A DNA stretch of 32,000 nucleotides from Bifidobacterium longum subsp. longum JCM 1217 (GCF_000196555.1 NC_015067.1:720001-752000); one strand, 5' to 3'. Counted from the stretch's first letter, positions 1 through 7,951 are shown. Notes: generated by a model from the letters alone, not told the origin. Program-made: numbers and translations.

Positions 1-680
1 TCAAGGCTACGGTCGAACATGCAGGCACGCAAATCGTCACCATGGCACTGCGCCGCGCGCAGACCACCGAGAACAGCGTGCTCGACTACATTCCCGAAGG
101 CATTACGCTGCTGCCCAACACCTCCGGTGCGCGCAACGCCGAGGAAGCCGTGCGTATCGCCCGACTGGCACGCGAAGTGTGCCACACCGACTTCGTCAAG
201 GTCGAAATCGAACACGAGACCAAGTACCTCTTGCCGGACAACGCCGAAACCATCCGAGCCACCGAAATGCTGGCCAAGGAAGGCTTCGTGGTCATGCCCT
301 ACATGTTCCCGGACCCGATTGCGGCCCGTCAGCTGGAGGAGGCCGGTGCCGCTGCCGTTATGCCGCTCGGTTCGTTGATCGGCTCCAATATGGGCCTGCG
401 CATGCGTGACTTCATCGAAATCATCATCGCCAACGCGCATGTGCCGGTCATCATCGACGCTGGTATCGGCCGTCCGAGCCAGGCCTGCGATGCGATGGAG
501 ATGGGTGCGGATGCGGTGATGGCGTACACGGCCGTTGCCTCTGCTGGCAATATCCCGCTGATGGCTGAGGCGTTCAAGCACGCCATCGATGCTGGTCGTG
601 CGGCGTATTTGTCTGGCCTTGGCAAAGTGACCGAGGGACAGGCTGTGCCGTCCAGCCCGACTACGGGGTATTTGCACTGA
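1..680 (+). CDS. thiG: Thiazole synthase ThiG, 5' end cut by window edge
   Basis: Frame 3 is open from base 3. The translation [11 protein letters not shown]...[22 protein letters not shown]...[13 protein letters not shown]...[15 protein letters not shown]...[10 protein letters not shown] follows the ThiG TIM-barrel pattern (LPNTxG, PxGSxIGS, DAGIG). Stop TGA 678-680. Confidence 0.9.
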
Positions 681-690
681 CACTTTTATT

Positions 691-737
691 AGCTCCCCTC
701 TCTGAGGGGAGCTGGCCGCGTAGCGGACTGAGGGGAG
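691..737. repeat. Intergenic two-hairpin GC-rich repeat element, copy 1
   Basis: AGCTCCCCTC(691-700)/tct/GAGGGGAGCT(704-713), then CCGC(716-719)/gta/GCGG(723-726), then ACTGAGGGGAG(727-737). Same architecture as 31822-31871. Lies directly 3' of the thiG stop. Confidence 0.7.
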
Positions 738-756
738 ATGGAAACATGGAGAAAAC

Positions 757-1566
757 ATGGCATTGACTGATGAACAGGTGGAGCGGTACGCGCGCCATCT
801 GATTTTGAAGGGTGTGGGGGTCAAAGGGCAAAAGCGGTTGCTGGCCTCCAGCGTGCTCATCATCGGAGCGGGCGGTCTTGGTTCTCCGGCCGCCCTGTAT
901 CTGGCGGCGGCCGGCGTCGGCCATATCGGACTGGTGGACGGCGATGTGGTGGATATGAGCAATCTGCAACGCCAAATCATCCATACCACTGCACGTGTCG
1001 GAGCGCCCAAAGTGGAATCCGCGGCCACAGCCATCCGCGCGCTCAACCCGGATGTGACGGTTGATACCTACTACGAGCTCGTCGACGCGAGCAACATCGC
1101 CGGCCTCATCGAACCGTACGATCTGGTGATCGATGCCACCGACAACTTCGCCGCAAAATTCCTCATCAATGACGCCTGCGTGCTGGCCGGCAAGCCGTAT
1201 ATCCATGCCGGCGTGGTCGGATTCGCCGGTCAGGTGATGACCGTCATTCCCGGCGAAGGCCCCTGCTACCGCTGCATCTTCCGCGACCTGCCCGCCGCCG
1301 GTGAGATTCCGACCTGCAAGGAAGCCGGCGTACTGGGCGCGGTGGTCGGCGTGATCGGCAGTCTGGAGGCGACTGAGGCCGTCAAGCTGATTGCCGGCGT
1401 GGGGGAGCCGCTCGTGGCTCGCATGCTCACTGTGGATGCCCTGACCATGAATATTCGACGGGTCCCACTGCCAAAGCATGTGCCGGATTGCCCGGTGTGC
1501 GGTGAGCAGCCGACCATTACTGCTATTGATCCGGCCAACTATATTCAGCCGGCCTGCGCGATTTAG
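757..1566 (+). CDS. thiF: ThiF/MoeB-family sulfur-carrier adenylyltransferase
   Basis: RYARHLIL, Rossmann IIGAGGLGSPAALYLAAAGVG, NLQRQ, and two CxxC pairs (CYRC, CPVC) typical of ThiF/MoeB. GGAGA lies 5 nt upstream of ATG 757. Position next to thiG supports the thiF assignment. Confidence 0.8.
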   Translation: MALTDEQVERYARHLILKGVGVKGQKRLLASSVLIIGAGGLGSPAALYLAAAGVGHIGLVDGDVVDMSNLQRQIIHTTARVGAPKVESAATAIRALNPDVTVDTYYELVDASNIAGLIEPYDLVIDATDNFAAKFLINDACVLAGKPYIHAGVVGFAGQVMTVIPGEGPCYRCIFRDLPAAGEIPTCKEAGVLGAVVGVIGSLEATEAVKLIAGVGEPLVARMLTVDALTMNIRRVPLPKHVPDCPVCGEQPTITAIDPANYIQPACAI

Positions 1567-1574
1567 AGCTATGT

Positions 1575-1597
1575 GGTGCCCCTCCTTGAGGGGTGCC
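1575..1597 (+). repeat. Hairpin related to module 1 of the intergenic repeat family (copy 2, partial)
   Basis: GGTGCCCCTC/ctt/GAGGGGTGCC. 10-bp stem with two G-U pairs in RNA. Lies between the thiF stop (1566) and the rhodanese start (1623). Followed by GAGAGGGGAAG, which doubles as the SD. Confidence 0.5.
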
Positions 1598-1622
1598 AAG
1601 ATCAGAACGAGAGGGGAAGAAC

Positions 1623-1979
1623 ATGCCTATTGCTTTGCATAATGCGGTCGATGACGATGAGAGCAGTGAAGCATCGTACCGCCGCATCACGCCGGCGGAA
1701 TTTGCCAAGCTCGACCCGAATACGGTCACGCTGCTCGACTTGAGGGAACCAGCCGACTTCGCCGCCCACCCGGTCGAAGGTGCCATCAATGCACCACTCG
1801 ACCCTCTGGCCCATGTGCTCAAAACCGTGCCCACAGATCGAACTGTCGTAGTCTATTGTGCTCAAGGATGGTGGAGCGAGGAAGTAGCTGAAATCCTTGC
1901 CGATCGCGGCTACGATGTAGCAAGCCTCGATGGCGGTTTTCAAGGTTATCTCGACTATCTTGAAACCCACCACGATTAA
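1623..1979 (+). CDS. Single-domain rhodanese (sulfurtransferase)
   Basis: LLDLREPADFAAHPVEGAINAP...VVVYCAQGWWSEEVAEILADRGYDVASLDGGFQGY is a rhodanese fold with an active-site Cys loop (CAQGWWS). ATG 1623 is preceded by GAGAGGGGAAGA. The ORF-track start GTG 1593 lies inside the hairpin and is less likely. Confidence 0.75.
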   Translation: MPIALHNAVDDDESSEASYRRITPAEFAKLDPNTVTLLDLREPADFAAHPVEGAINAPLDPLAHVLKTVPTDRTVVVYCAQGWWSEEVAEILADRGYDVASLDGGFQGYLDYLETHHD

Positions 1980-2140
1980 CGGTTCCCGTTGTCGTTCTTT
2001 TGGATGAGTGTGCACGGACATATTTGTGCCCTACAATCGGTCACGGTATTACTCGATGGATTCTTGAATATCGCCGGGTAATCGTAATTCACAACAGGGG
2101 ATTGCACTGAACCAACCCAAAACGGGAAGGACCGAAAATC

Positions 2141-2674
2141 GTGGGACATCTGCTCACCCGAACGCAGATTCAACGCCTGGTCGCCAAGCACGGCCGTGAG
2201 GTCATCGAGCATCGCCACATGCAGATCGAACGCTGCTGCTACCAGCACGGCAATGTCACCACGTTCGAACATTCCGTGCGTGTCGCCTGCCTGGCTGTGT
2301 GGATGGCCGACCGCGCACACCTGTGGTACCGCGTCGACCTCAAATCCCTGATTCGCGCGGCCCTCCTGCACGATTACTTCCTGTACGACTGGCACGACTG
2401 GGATAACGGCGAACACCAGTGGCATGGCTTCACCCATGGCCACGCCGCCCTGGTCAATGCCCTGAAGGACTTCAAGCTCAACGATATCGAACGCAACAGC
2501 ATCGAGAACCACATGTTCCCGATGACCCCGGTGCCGCCGCGCTATATCGAAGGCTATCTGGTCACCTTGGCGGACAAATGCTCCGCCACCGCCGAGACCT
2601 TCTCGTTCGACCGGTTCAACAAGCGCGCGTTGCCCGCCGCGAAGCCTTACGCCGAGATCGAAGCCCGTCGATGA
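2141..2674 (+). CDS. HD-domain phosphohydrolase family protein
   Basis: H...HD metal-binding pattern (FEHSVRVACLAVW...AALLHDYFLYDWH) and a distal LADK motif. GTG start with GGAAGGA 9 nt upstream. Confidence 0.75.
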   Translation: MGHLLTRTQIQRLVAKHGREVIEHRHMQIERCCYQHGNVTTFEHSVRVACLAVWMADRAHLWYRVDLKSLIRAALLHDYFLYDWHDWDNGEHQWHGFTHGHAALVNALKDFKLNDIERNSIENHMFPMTPVPPRYIEGYLVTLADKCSATAETFSFDRFNKRALPAAKPYAEIEARR

Positions 2675-3438
2675 TCATCACACTCGAACATTATTTCCTC
2701 TGGTTTCTGTTCTACAGTTTCGTCGGCTGGATGTACGAGTCCATTCTCGTCTCCTGCCAACAGCACCGCTTGGTCAACCGAGGGTTCCTCAACGGCCCGC
2801 TGTGCCCGATCTACGGCACCGGCGCGATACTCGGCGTCGCCATTCTCGGCAACGTACATAACCCGATCATCATCTTCCTGATTTCGATGGTGGGCGCCAC
2901 GATACTCGAATACACAACCTCGTGGGTCATGGAGCAGCTGTTCCACGCCCGCTGGTGGGATTACTCGAACTTCCGCTTCAACCTCCAAGGCCGCGTCTGC
3001 CTGCTGGGCGCGTTGATTTTCGGCCTCGGCGGCGTGGGCGTGGTACTTGGTTCGCAGCCATATGTCGAGCGGGTCACGGATATGATTCCGCTGCCGATGC
3101 TGCATACGCTGGTCACGGTACTGGCCCTGATCACCATCATCGACTTGGCGGTCACGGTTGCGGGCATGCTCGAATTCGAGCGGGTGCTCGATTCCGTCTC
3201 TCAGGTGGTGCAGGATGTGGCGGCACGCGCCGGTGGCACGTGGCAGTGGGGCTCCAGTGCGGTATCCGACAGGATGCGTGAGCTTTCGCAGGATACGGTT
3301 GAGCGTCTGCGCTGGGCCGTCAATGGCGTCATCAACGCACAGCAGAAGCGTATGCTCAAGTCCTTCCCGAAGTTCCAGGTGCCGGATCGTCAGGACATCA
3401 TCGACTCTTTGCGCGAACTTATGGGCCCGCGCCGCTAG
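2671..3438 (+). CDS. Polytopic membrane protein, PF06541-like (so-called putative ABC-transporter type IV family)
   Basis: N-terminus FLWFLFYSFVGWMYESILVSCQQHRLVNRGFLNGPLCPIYGTGA matches my memory of that family signature. Several hydrophobic helices. ATG 2671 overlaps the upstream TGA (ATGA). The upstream extension in ORF 2419..3438 overlaps the HD gene in another frame and is rejected. Confidence 0.65.
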   Translation: MIITLEHYFLWFLFYSFVGWMYESILVSCQQHRLVNRGFLNGPLCPIYGTGAILGVAILGNVHNPIIIFLISMVGATILEYTTSWVMEQLFHARWWDYSNFRFNLQGRVCLLGALIFGLGGVGVVLGSQPYVERVTDMIPLPMLHTLVTVLALITIIDLAVTVAGMLEFERVLDSVSQVVQDVAARAGGTWQWGSSAVSDRMRELSQDTVERLRWAVNGVINAQQKRMLKSFPKFQVPDRQDIIDSLRELMGPRR

Positions 3439-3505
3439 AATAAGGCGTTTTACTGAATCGCGCGGCTCGGCTGGTGTCCGGCACTGTCGCCATGTTCTGC
3501 GAAAC

Positions 3506-3536
3506 TTGACTGTGCCCAATTGGGCAGTCTTATTCA
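3506..3536 (+). promoter_or_regulatory. Putative tyrS promoter with an embedded perfect 14-bp palindrome
   Basis: TTGACT (3506-3511), palindrome TGCCCAATTGGGCA (3513-3526), then T/A-rich TCTTATTCA (3528-3536) as the -10 candidate, about 30 nt upstream of the tyrS ATG. Confidence 0.3.
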
Positions 3537-3563
3537 CAATTCGATAGGGAGAAGCGACAAGCT

Positions 3564-4886
3564 ATGGCTCACGTCACCGACTTCAAGGAAGCGGGTTTCA
3601 ACACCCTGCTTGAGGAACTGGAATGGCGCGGGTTGATTTCCCAGTCCACGGACCGGGATCGACTCGCAGAAGCACTGAACGGCGAGCCCATCACCTATTA
3701 TTGTGGCTTCGATCCCACCGCTGCATCGTTGCATATCGGCAACCTCGTGCAGCTCATCAACATGCGTCACCTGCAGCTTGCGGGCCATCATCCGATCGCT
3801 TTGGTCGGTGGCGCCACCGGACTCATCGGCGACCCGCGCCAGTCCGGCGAACGTACGCTTAACCCGAAGGACGTGGTGGCCGGCTGGGCCGATCGCCTGA
3901 AGAATCAGATCGGCGGCATTCTGGACACCGAAGGCGCGAACGCCGTACGTTTCGTGTCCAATTACGATTGGACCGCCTCGATGACCGTCATCGACTTCCT
4001 GCGTGACGTCGGCAAGAACTTCCGTCTGGGCACCATGCTCGCCAAGGACACGGTCGCCCGCCGCCTGAACTCTGAGGAAGGCATCTCCTTCACCGAGTTC
4101 AGCTACCAGGTGCTGCAGGGCAACGACTTCCTCCACCTGTTTGACGAATACCACTGCACGCTGGAACTCGGCGGCTCCGACCAGTGGGGCAACCTCACCT
4201 CCGGCCTGGACCTGATCCACAAGGTGCGCGGTGTGGACGTCAACGTGTTCACCAGCCCGATTATCACCGATGCTTCCGGCAAGAAGTTCGGCAAGTCCGA
4301 GGGCAACGCCGTCTGGCTCGACGCCACGATGCTCAGCCCGTACAAGTTCTACCAGTTCTGGATCAACCGCCCGGACGTGGAGATGGAAAGCCTGCTGAAG
4401 GCGTTCACCTTCCTGCCCAAGGCCGAAATCGAACGACTGGTCGAGGAATCCAAGACCAACCCCGGCAAGCGCGAGGCCCAGAAGACCCTTGCCTGGGAGG
4501 TCACCAGCTTCGTGCATGGCGAGGCCGCTACCCAGGCTGCCATCGATGCTTCCGGTGCGCTGTTCGGCCGCGGTGGCAACCTCGAAGACATCGACGAGGA
4601 AACGCTGGAATCCGTGCTCGACGGTTTCAAGGTGGTCGACGAGAACGGCGAGCACGTCTTCCCCGTCTCCAAGCCCGGCGATCGCGTAATCGACGCCGCC
4701 CAGGCTGCCGGACTGTTCAAGTCCGCTTCCGAGGCACGCCGCGCCATCAAGTCCGGTGGCGTGTATCTCAACAACAACCGTATCGAGGATGAGGAGCAGG
4801 TGCTGGCCGAAGCCGACTTCCTGGCAGGCCGCTTCGCGCTTATCCGTCGTGGCAAGAAGGCGCTCGGCGCCGTGGAAAACCGTTAA
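3564..4886 (+). CDS. tyrS: Tyrosine--tRNA ligase
   Basis: Class I motifs HIGN (ASLHIGNLV) and [14 protein letters not shown]-terminal S4-like domain ([19 protein letters not shown]). GGGAGAAG SD upstream of ATG 3564. Confidence 0.95.
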   Translation: MAHVTDFKEAGFNTLLEELEWRGLISQSTDRDRLAEALNGEPITYYCGFDPTAASLHIGNLVQLINMRHLQLAGHHPIALVGGATGLIGDPRQSGERTLNPKDVVAGWADRLKNQIGGILDTEGANAVRFVSNYDWTASMTVIDFLRDVGKNFRLGTMLAKDTVARRLNSEEGISFTEFSYQVLQGNDFLHLFDEYHCTLELGGSDQWGNLTSGLDLIHKVRGVDVNVFTSPIITDASGKKFGKSEGNAVWLDATMLSPYKFYQFWINRPDVEMESLLKAFTFLPKAEIERLVEESKTNPGKREAQKTLAWEVTSFVHGEAATQAAIDASGALFGRGGNLEDIDEETLESVLDGFKVVDENGEHVFPVSKPGDRVIDAAQAAGLFKSASEARRAIKSGGVYLNNNRIEDEEQVLAEADFLAGRFALIRRGKKALGAVENR

Positions 4887-4913
4887 TCAACAACGAATTA
4901 AGGAAAACAAGTA

Positions 4914-6701
4914 ATGGCAGAAGGTAACGAGCGTTCCGGCAAGTCTTACGGCGGCGGCCATAAGGGGTATGGCGATCGCCGACCGGGCAACCGCGGCGGC
5001 AAGGGTTTCAAGCCGCGCGGCAAGGGCGGTTTCAAGCCGCGTCATGATGGTGAGGGTTTCAAGCCGCGTCGCCGTGAGGATGGCGAGGGCTACGCGCCGC
5101 GCCGTGACGGTGATGGCGAGGGCCACGGCGGCTACCGCAAGTCGTACGGCAAGTCCGGCGGCTTCCACAAGGGCGGCCGCTCCGGCTTCGGCGGCAAGGG
5201 CGGTTACCGCGGCAATGGTCCGCGCCGTGACGGCGAAGGCTTCAAGCCGCGCCGCGAAGGCGGCTACCGTTCCCACGAAGGCGAGAACGGCGAGAATCCG
5301 CGCTACCAGCACCGTGATAACGATCGTCGTGATTTCCGCCGCGATGGTGAGCGTCGCAGCTTCCGCCGCAACGACGACCGCCGAGATTTCCGTAGGGACG
5401 ACCGTCGCGATGGGGACCGTCGTGACTTCCGTCGTGACAATGACCGTCGTGACTTCCGTCGCGATGACCGCAGGGATAACGATCGTCGTGATTTCCGCCG
5501 CGATGGTGAGCGTCGCAACTTCCGTCGCGACGACGATCGCCGTGATGGCGACCGCCGCAACTTCCGCAGGGACGACCGCCGCGATGATCGTCGTGACTTC
5601 CGCCGTGACGATCGCCGCGACAACAACCGTCGTGACGGCGAATTCCGCGAGTTTTCGCAGGAAGAGAAGCGCCAGTACCGTGAGGAGAAGCGCTCTGAAT
5701 ACATGAGGCGCCCGCGCCGTAACTCCGACGGCACGATGAGCTTCCCCTCGCAGAACCCGTACACCGACCGTCGTCCCGACGAGCCCAAGATGCCCAAGGG
5801 CATGGAATGGTCGATGCTGTCCAAGGATGAGCGCGAACGTCTGCGCGGCCTGTCCAAGGAGCACGCGGAGAACATTGGTCTGCACATCCTCGCCGCTTTC
5901 GCGCTGGAGGAGAGCGACCCCGAACTTGCCTTGGAGCACGCCAAGTGGGTGGCCCGTCAGGCCTCCCGCATCGACTTCGCCCGCGAGACGCTTGCGTTCG
6001 TGGCCTACCGTCAGGGCGACTACAAGCTGGCCCTGCGTGAGTTCCGCACCGCCTACCGTATGAACGGCTTCCTCGACTACCTGCCGTTCATCGCTGACTG
6101 CGAGCGTGGCGTCGGAGAGCCGAAGAAGGCCGTGGAACTGGCGCTGTCCGATGAGGGCAAGCAGCTGCATGGCGCTCCCAAGGTCGAGATGTTCCTGGTG
6201 TACGCCGGTGCCCTTGGCGATTTGGAGATGTGGGACAAGGCCATTGAAGTGGTTCACACCGTCGGCCGTTCCCAGGGGCTGCCGGGTGAGTACCGCATGC
6301 GTGCCGTGCAGGCCGAGCAGTACTTCCTTGAAGAGGCCGGCCGCAGCAAGGAAGCCGAGCAGCTCAACGACCTGCTGGACCGTCTTGAGGACCAGTATGC
6401 CGACGAGGAGATTGACGAAAACAGCGACGACGTGGTGATCGATCACGATCTCGAAGACATCACCGACGACTCCGACGTGCTCGAAAAGCTCGGCATCGAT
6501 CCGGATGAGGCGCAGTACGCCCCGGATCCGGAGCAGGAATACGGCGATGAGGATGACGAGGCTGAAGACGGTGATGCCGAGTCTGATGAGGCCGACGAGA
6601 CCGAGACCGATTCCGCCAATGACGCCGAGGCTGACGATTCCGCCGAATCCGCCGACTCCGACTCCACCGAACCCGAAACCGAAACCGAAACCGAGGAGTG
6701 A
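4914..6701 (+). CDS. Charge-block protein: basic G/R/K repeats, RRDFRRD polyampholyte repeats, TPR-like helical core, poly-acidic tail
   Basis: AAGGAA SD before ATG 4914. 595-aa ORF. Residues about 1-125 have GFKPR/GG(Y)R repeats and about 125-245 have (D/N)DRRDFRRD repeats. About 270-500 is a non-repetitive helical region (LALEHAKWVARQ...YKLALREFRTAYRMNG...). The last ~90 aa are D/E/T/S-rich. Sits at the position of the conserved hypothetical between tyrS and the HAD gene in other actinobacteria. Confidence 0.8.
   Translation: MAEGNERSGKSYGGGHKGYGDRRPGNRGGKGFKPRGKGGFKPRHDGEGFKPRRREDGEGYAPRRDGDGEGHGGYRKSYGKSGGFHKGGRSGFGGKGGYRGNGPRRDGEGFKPRREGGYRSHEGENGENPRYQHRDNDRRDFRRDGERRSFRRNDDRRDFRRDDRRDGDRRDFRRDNDRRDFRRDDRRDNDRRDFRRDGERRNFRRDDDRRDGDRRNFRRDDRRDDRRDFRRDDRRDNNRRDGEFREFSQEEKRQYREEKRSEYMRRPRRNSDGTMSFPSQNPYTDRRPDEPKMPKGMEWSMLSKDERERLRGLSKEHAENIGLHILAAFALEESDPELALEHAKWVARQASRIDFARETLAFVAYRQGDYKLALREFRTAYRMNGFLDYLPFIADCERGVGEPKKAVELALSDEGKQLHGAPKVEMFLVYAGALGDLEMWDKAIEVVHTVGRSQGLPGEYRMRAVQAEQYFLEEAGRSKEAEQLNDLLDRLEDQYADEEIDENSDDVVIDHDLEDITDDSDVLEKLGIDPDEAQYAPDPEQEYGDEDDEAEDGDAESDEADETETDSANDAEADDSAESADSDSTEPETETETEE
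5316..5640 (+). repeat. In-CDS tandem/direct DNA repeats encoding the RRDFRRD array
   Basis: Exact 43-bp direct repeat GATAACGATCGTCGTGATTTCCGCCGCGATGGTGAGCGTCGCA at 5316-5358 and 5475-5517 (159 bp apart). Many shorter CGTCGTGACTTCCGYCGYGA units lie between and after. Confidence 0.85.
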
Positions 6702-7750
6702 ACGGCGTAATGACCCGTTTCCTCAAAGGCACCGATCGCCCGCTCGCCGAGGCCTATCAGCTTGCGCTGCTGGACCTCGACGGCGTGGTGTATCGCGGCA
6801 AGAATCCGGTCGAATACGCGGCCGATTCCATTCGTGCGGCCGAAGCCGCCGGTATGACCATCGAATACACCACGAACAACTCCTCGCGCTTCCAGCACGT
6901 GGTGGCCGACCAGCTCAAGGGCTTCGGCTTGGACGTGGAGCCGTGGCAGGTCATCACCTCTTCGGTGGTGGCCGCCCGTATGGTGGCCAAGGCGTTGCCC
7001 GCCGGCGCGCGCGTACAGGTATTGGGCGCCGAGCATTTGCGCGATGAGGTCACCCGCAACGGCCTGACCATCGTGGACGGTCCTCAGGACCGCCCGCAGG
7101 CCGTCATTCAGGGCTGGTATCCGGATATGACTTGGCAGATGATGGCCGATGCCGCGTTCGCGGTCGAGGCCGGAGCCACGTATTTCGTGACCAACCGCGA
7201 CCTAACGATTCCTCGTGAACTGGGCATCGCCCCCGGTTGCGGATCGATGATTCGCGCCGTGATCACGGCCACCGGCGTCGAACCGGTCGCCTCCGCTGGC
7301 AAGCCGGAAGCGTACATGTACGATGAGGCCCGCGAACTGAACGCCGCCGAAGGCCACGATTTGGTGCCCAAGGAGGCGTCCATCGCCATTGGCGACCGCC
7401 TCGACACCGATATCGAGGCCGGTAACCGCGGCGACTACGATTCGCTGGCGGTGCTGACCGGTGTCACCAACCCGACCGAACTGATGCTGGCTCCGTCACA
7501 CCTGAGGCCCACATTCATCGCCCCTGATCTGCGTGAACTCGGCGAAGCCCAACCGGAGCCGGTCCGCGATGAGAGCGGTACTTGGGAATGCCGCAAGGCT
7601 AGCGCTTGGTTTGAAAACGGCCAGGTACACGTCAGCGACCCCACCAGTATGGACGGCCTGCGCGCCGCCGTATGCGCCGCATGGGAAGCCGCCGACCAAG
7701 GCGCACAGCTTAGCGAGGCCACGGTACCGGTGTTCGCCATCGAGGCATAG
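6698..7750 (+). CDS. HAD-superfamily hydrolase, subfamily IIA (NagD-like phosphatase)
   Basis: LLDLDGVVYRG (motif I), TNNS (motif II), GDRLDTDI (motif IV). GTG 6698 overlaps the upstream stop. ATG 6710, 11 nt after GAGGAG, is an equally plausible start. Confidence 0.85.
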   Translation: MNGVMTRFLKGTDRPLAEAYQLALLDLDGVVYRGKNPVEYAADSIRAAEAAGMTIEYTTNNSSRFQHVVADQLKGFGLDVEPWQVITSSVVAARMVAKALPAGARVQVLGAEHLRDEVTRNGLTIVDGPQDRPQAVIQGWYPDMTWQMMADAAFAVEAGATYFVTNRDLTIPRELGIAPGCGSMIRAVITATGVEPVASAGKPEAYMYDEARELNAAEGHDLVPKEASIAIGDRLDTDIEAGNRGDYDSLAVLTGVTNPTELMLAPSHLRPTFIAPDLRELGEAQPEPVRDESGTWECRKASAWFENGQVHVSDPTSMDGLRAAVCAAWEAADQGAQLSEATVPVFAIEA

Positions 7751-7754
7751 TCCT

Positions 7755-7901
7755 ATGCCTACGGATAGCGAACATGCGCCGGTCACCGAGCGATACCCCG
7801 AACTTGCGGATATCGATGAACAAGACAACGACCGCAAGCTTGAGACCTATCGCAACGTGCTGGAATCCTTACAACACGAGCTTGATAACAGCCGCAGCTA
7901 G
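7755..7901 (+). CDS. Small acidic hypothetical protein (48 aa)
   Basis: ATG 7755 lies 4 nt after the HAD stop. Sequence MPTDSEHAPVTERYPELADIDEQDNDRKLETYRNVLESLQHELDNSRS. The long upstream part of ORF 7533..7901 overlaps the HAD gene out of frame. A small ORF occupies this position between the HAD gene and tlyA in other actinobacteria. Confidence 0.5.
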   Translation: MPTDSEHAPVTERYPELADIDEQDNDRKLETYRNVLESLQHELDNSRS

Positions 7902-7951
7902 CAGAGGTGATTCATTCTCCCGCCAGCGGAAGATGACGTGAAGTGCTGGAT

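Noticed and set aside
661-1599. 312-aa minus-strand ORF over thiF
   Set aside because: Antisense to a clear ThiF/MoeB coding frame, with no motifs.
2419-2670. N-terminal extensions offered by the ORF track (2419..3438, 7533..7901, 9576..10655, 17477..18520, 24321..25733, 25403..26311)
   Set aside because: In each case the extension overlaps the upstream gene in another frame and has R/P/G-rich junk composition. An internal ATG with an SD or stop-start overlap gives a protein starting where family homology starts.
3439-3563. T-box leader upstream of tyrS
   Set aside because: The intergenic region is only 125 bp. It has no T-box sequence (no AGGGTGGNACCGCG-like element) and no specifier/antiterminator architecture.
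3534-4655. 373-aa minus-strand ORF antisense to tyrS
   Set aside because: It lies entirely inside the well-supported tyrS gene. The composition (A/G/V/L/E/H-rich) is typical of stop-free antisense frames in high-GC DNA, and it has no SD and no recognisable motif.
5290-5650. CRISPR-like or minisatellite array
   Set aside because: The repeats are in-frame codon repeats inside a long ORF, without unique spacers of regular length. There are no cas genes in the window.
4887-6446. 519-aa minus-strand ORF antisense to the charge-block gene
   Set aside because: The low-complexity T/V/A/I translation (TTIVITAE...) is simply the reverse complement of the R/D/G codon repeats. The plus-strand frame has an SD and a conserved helical domain.
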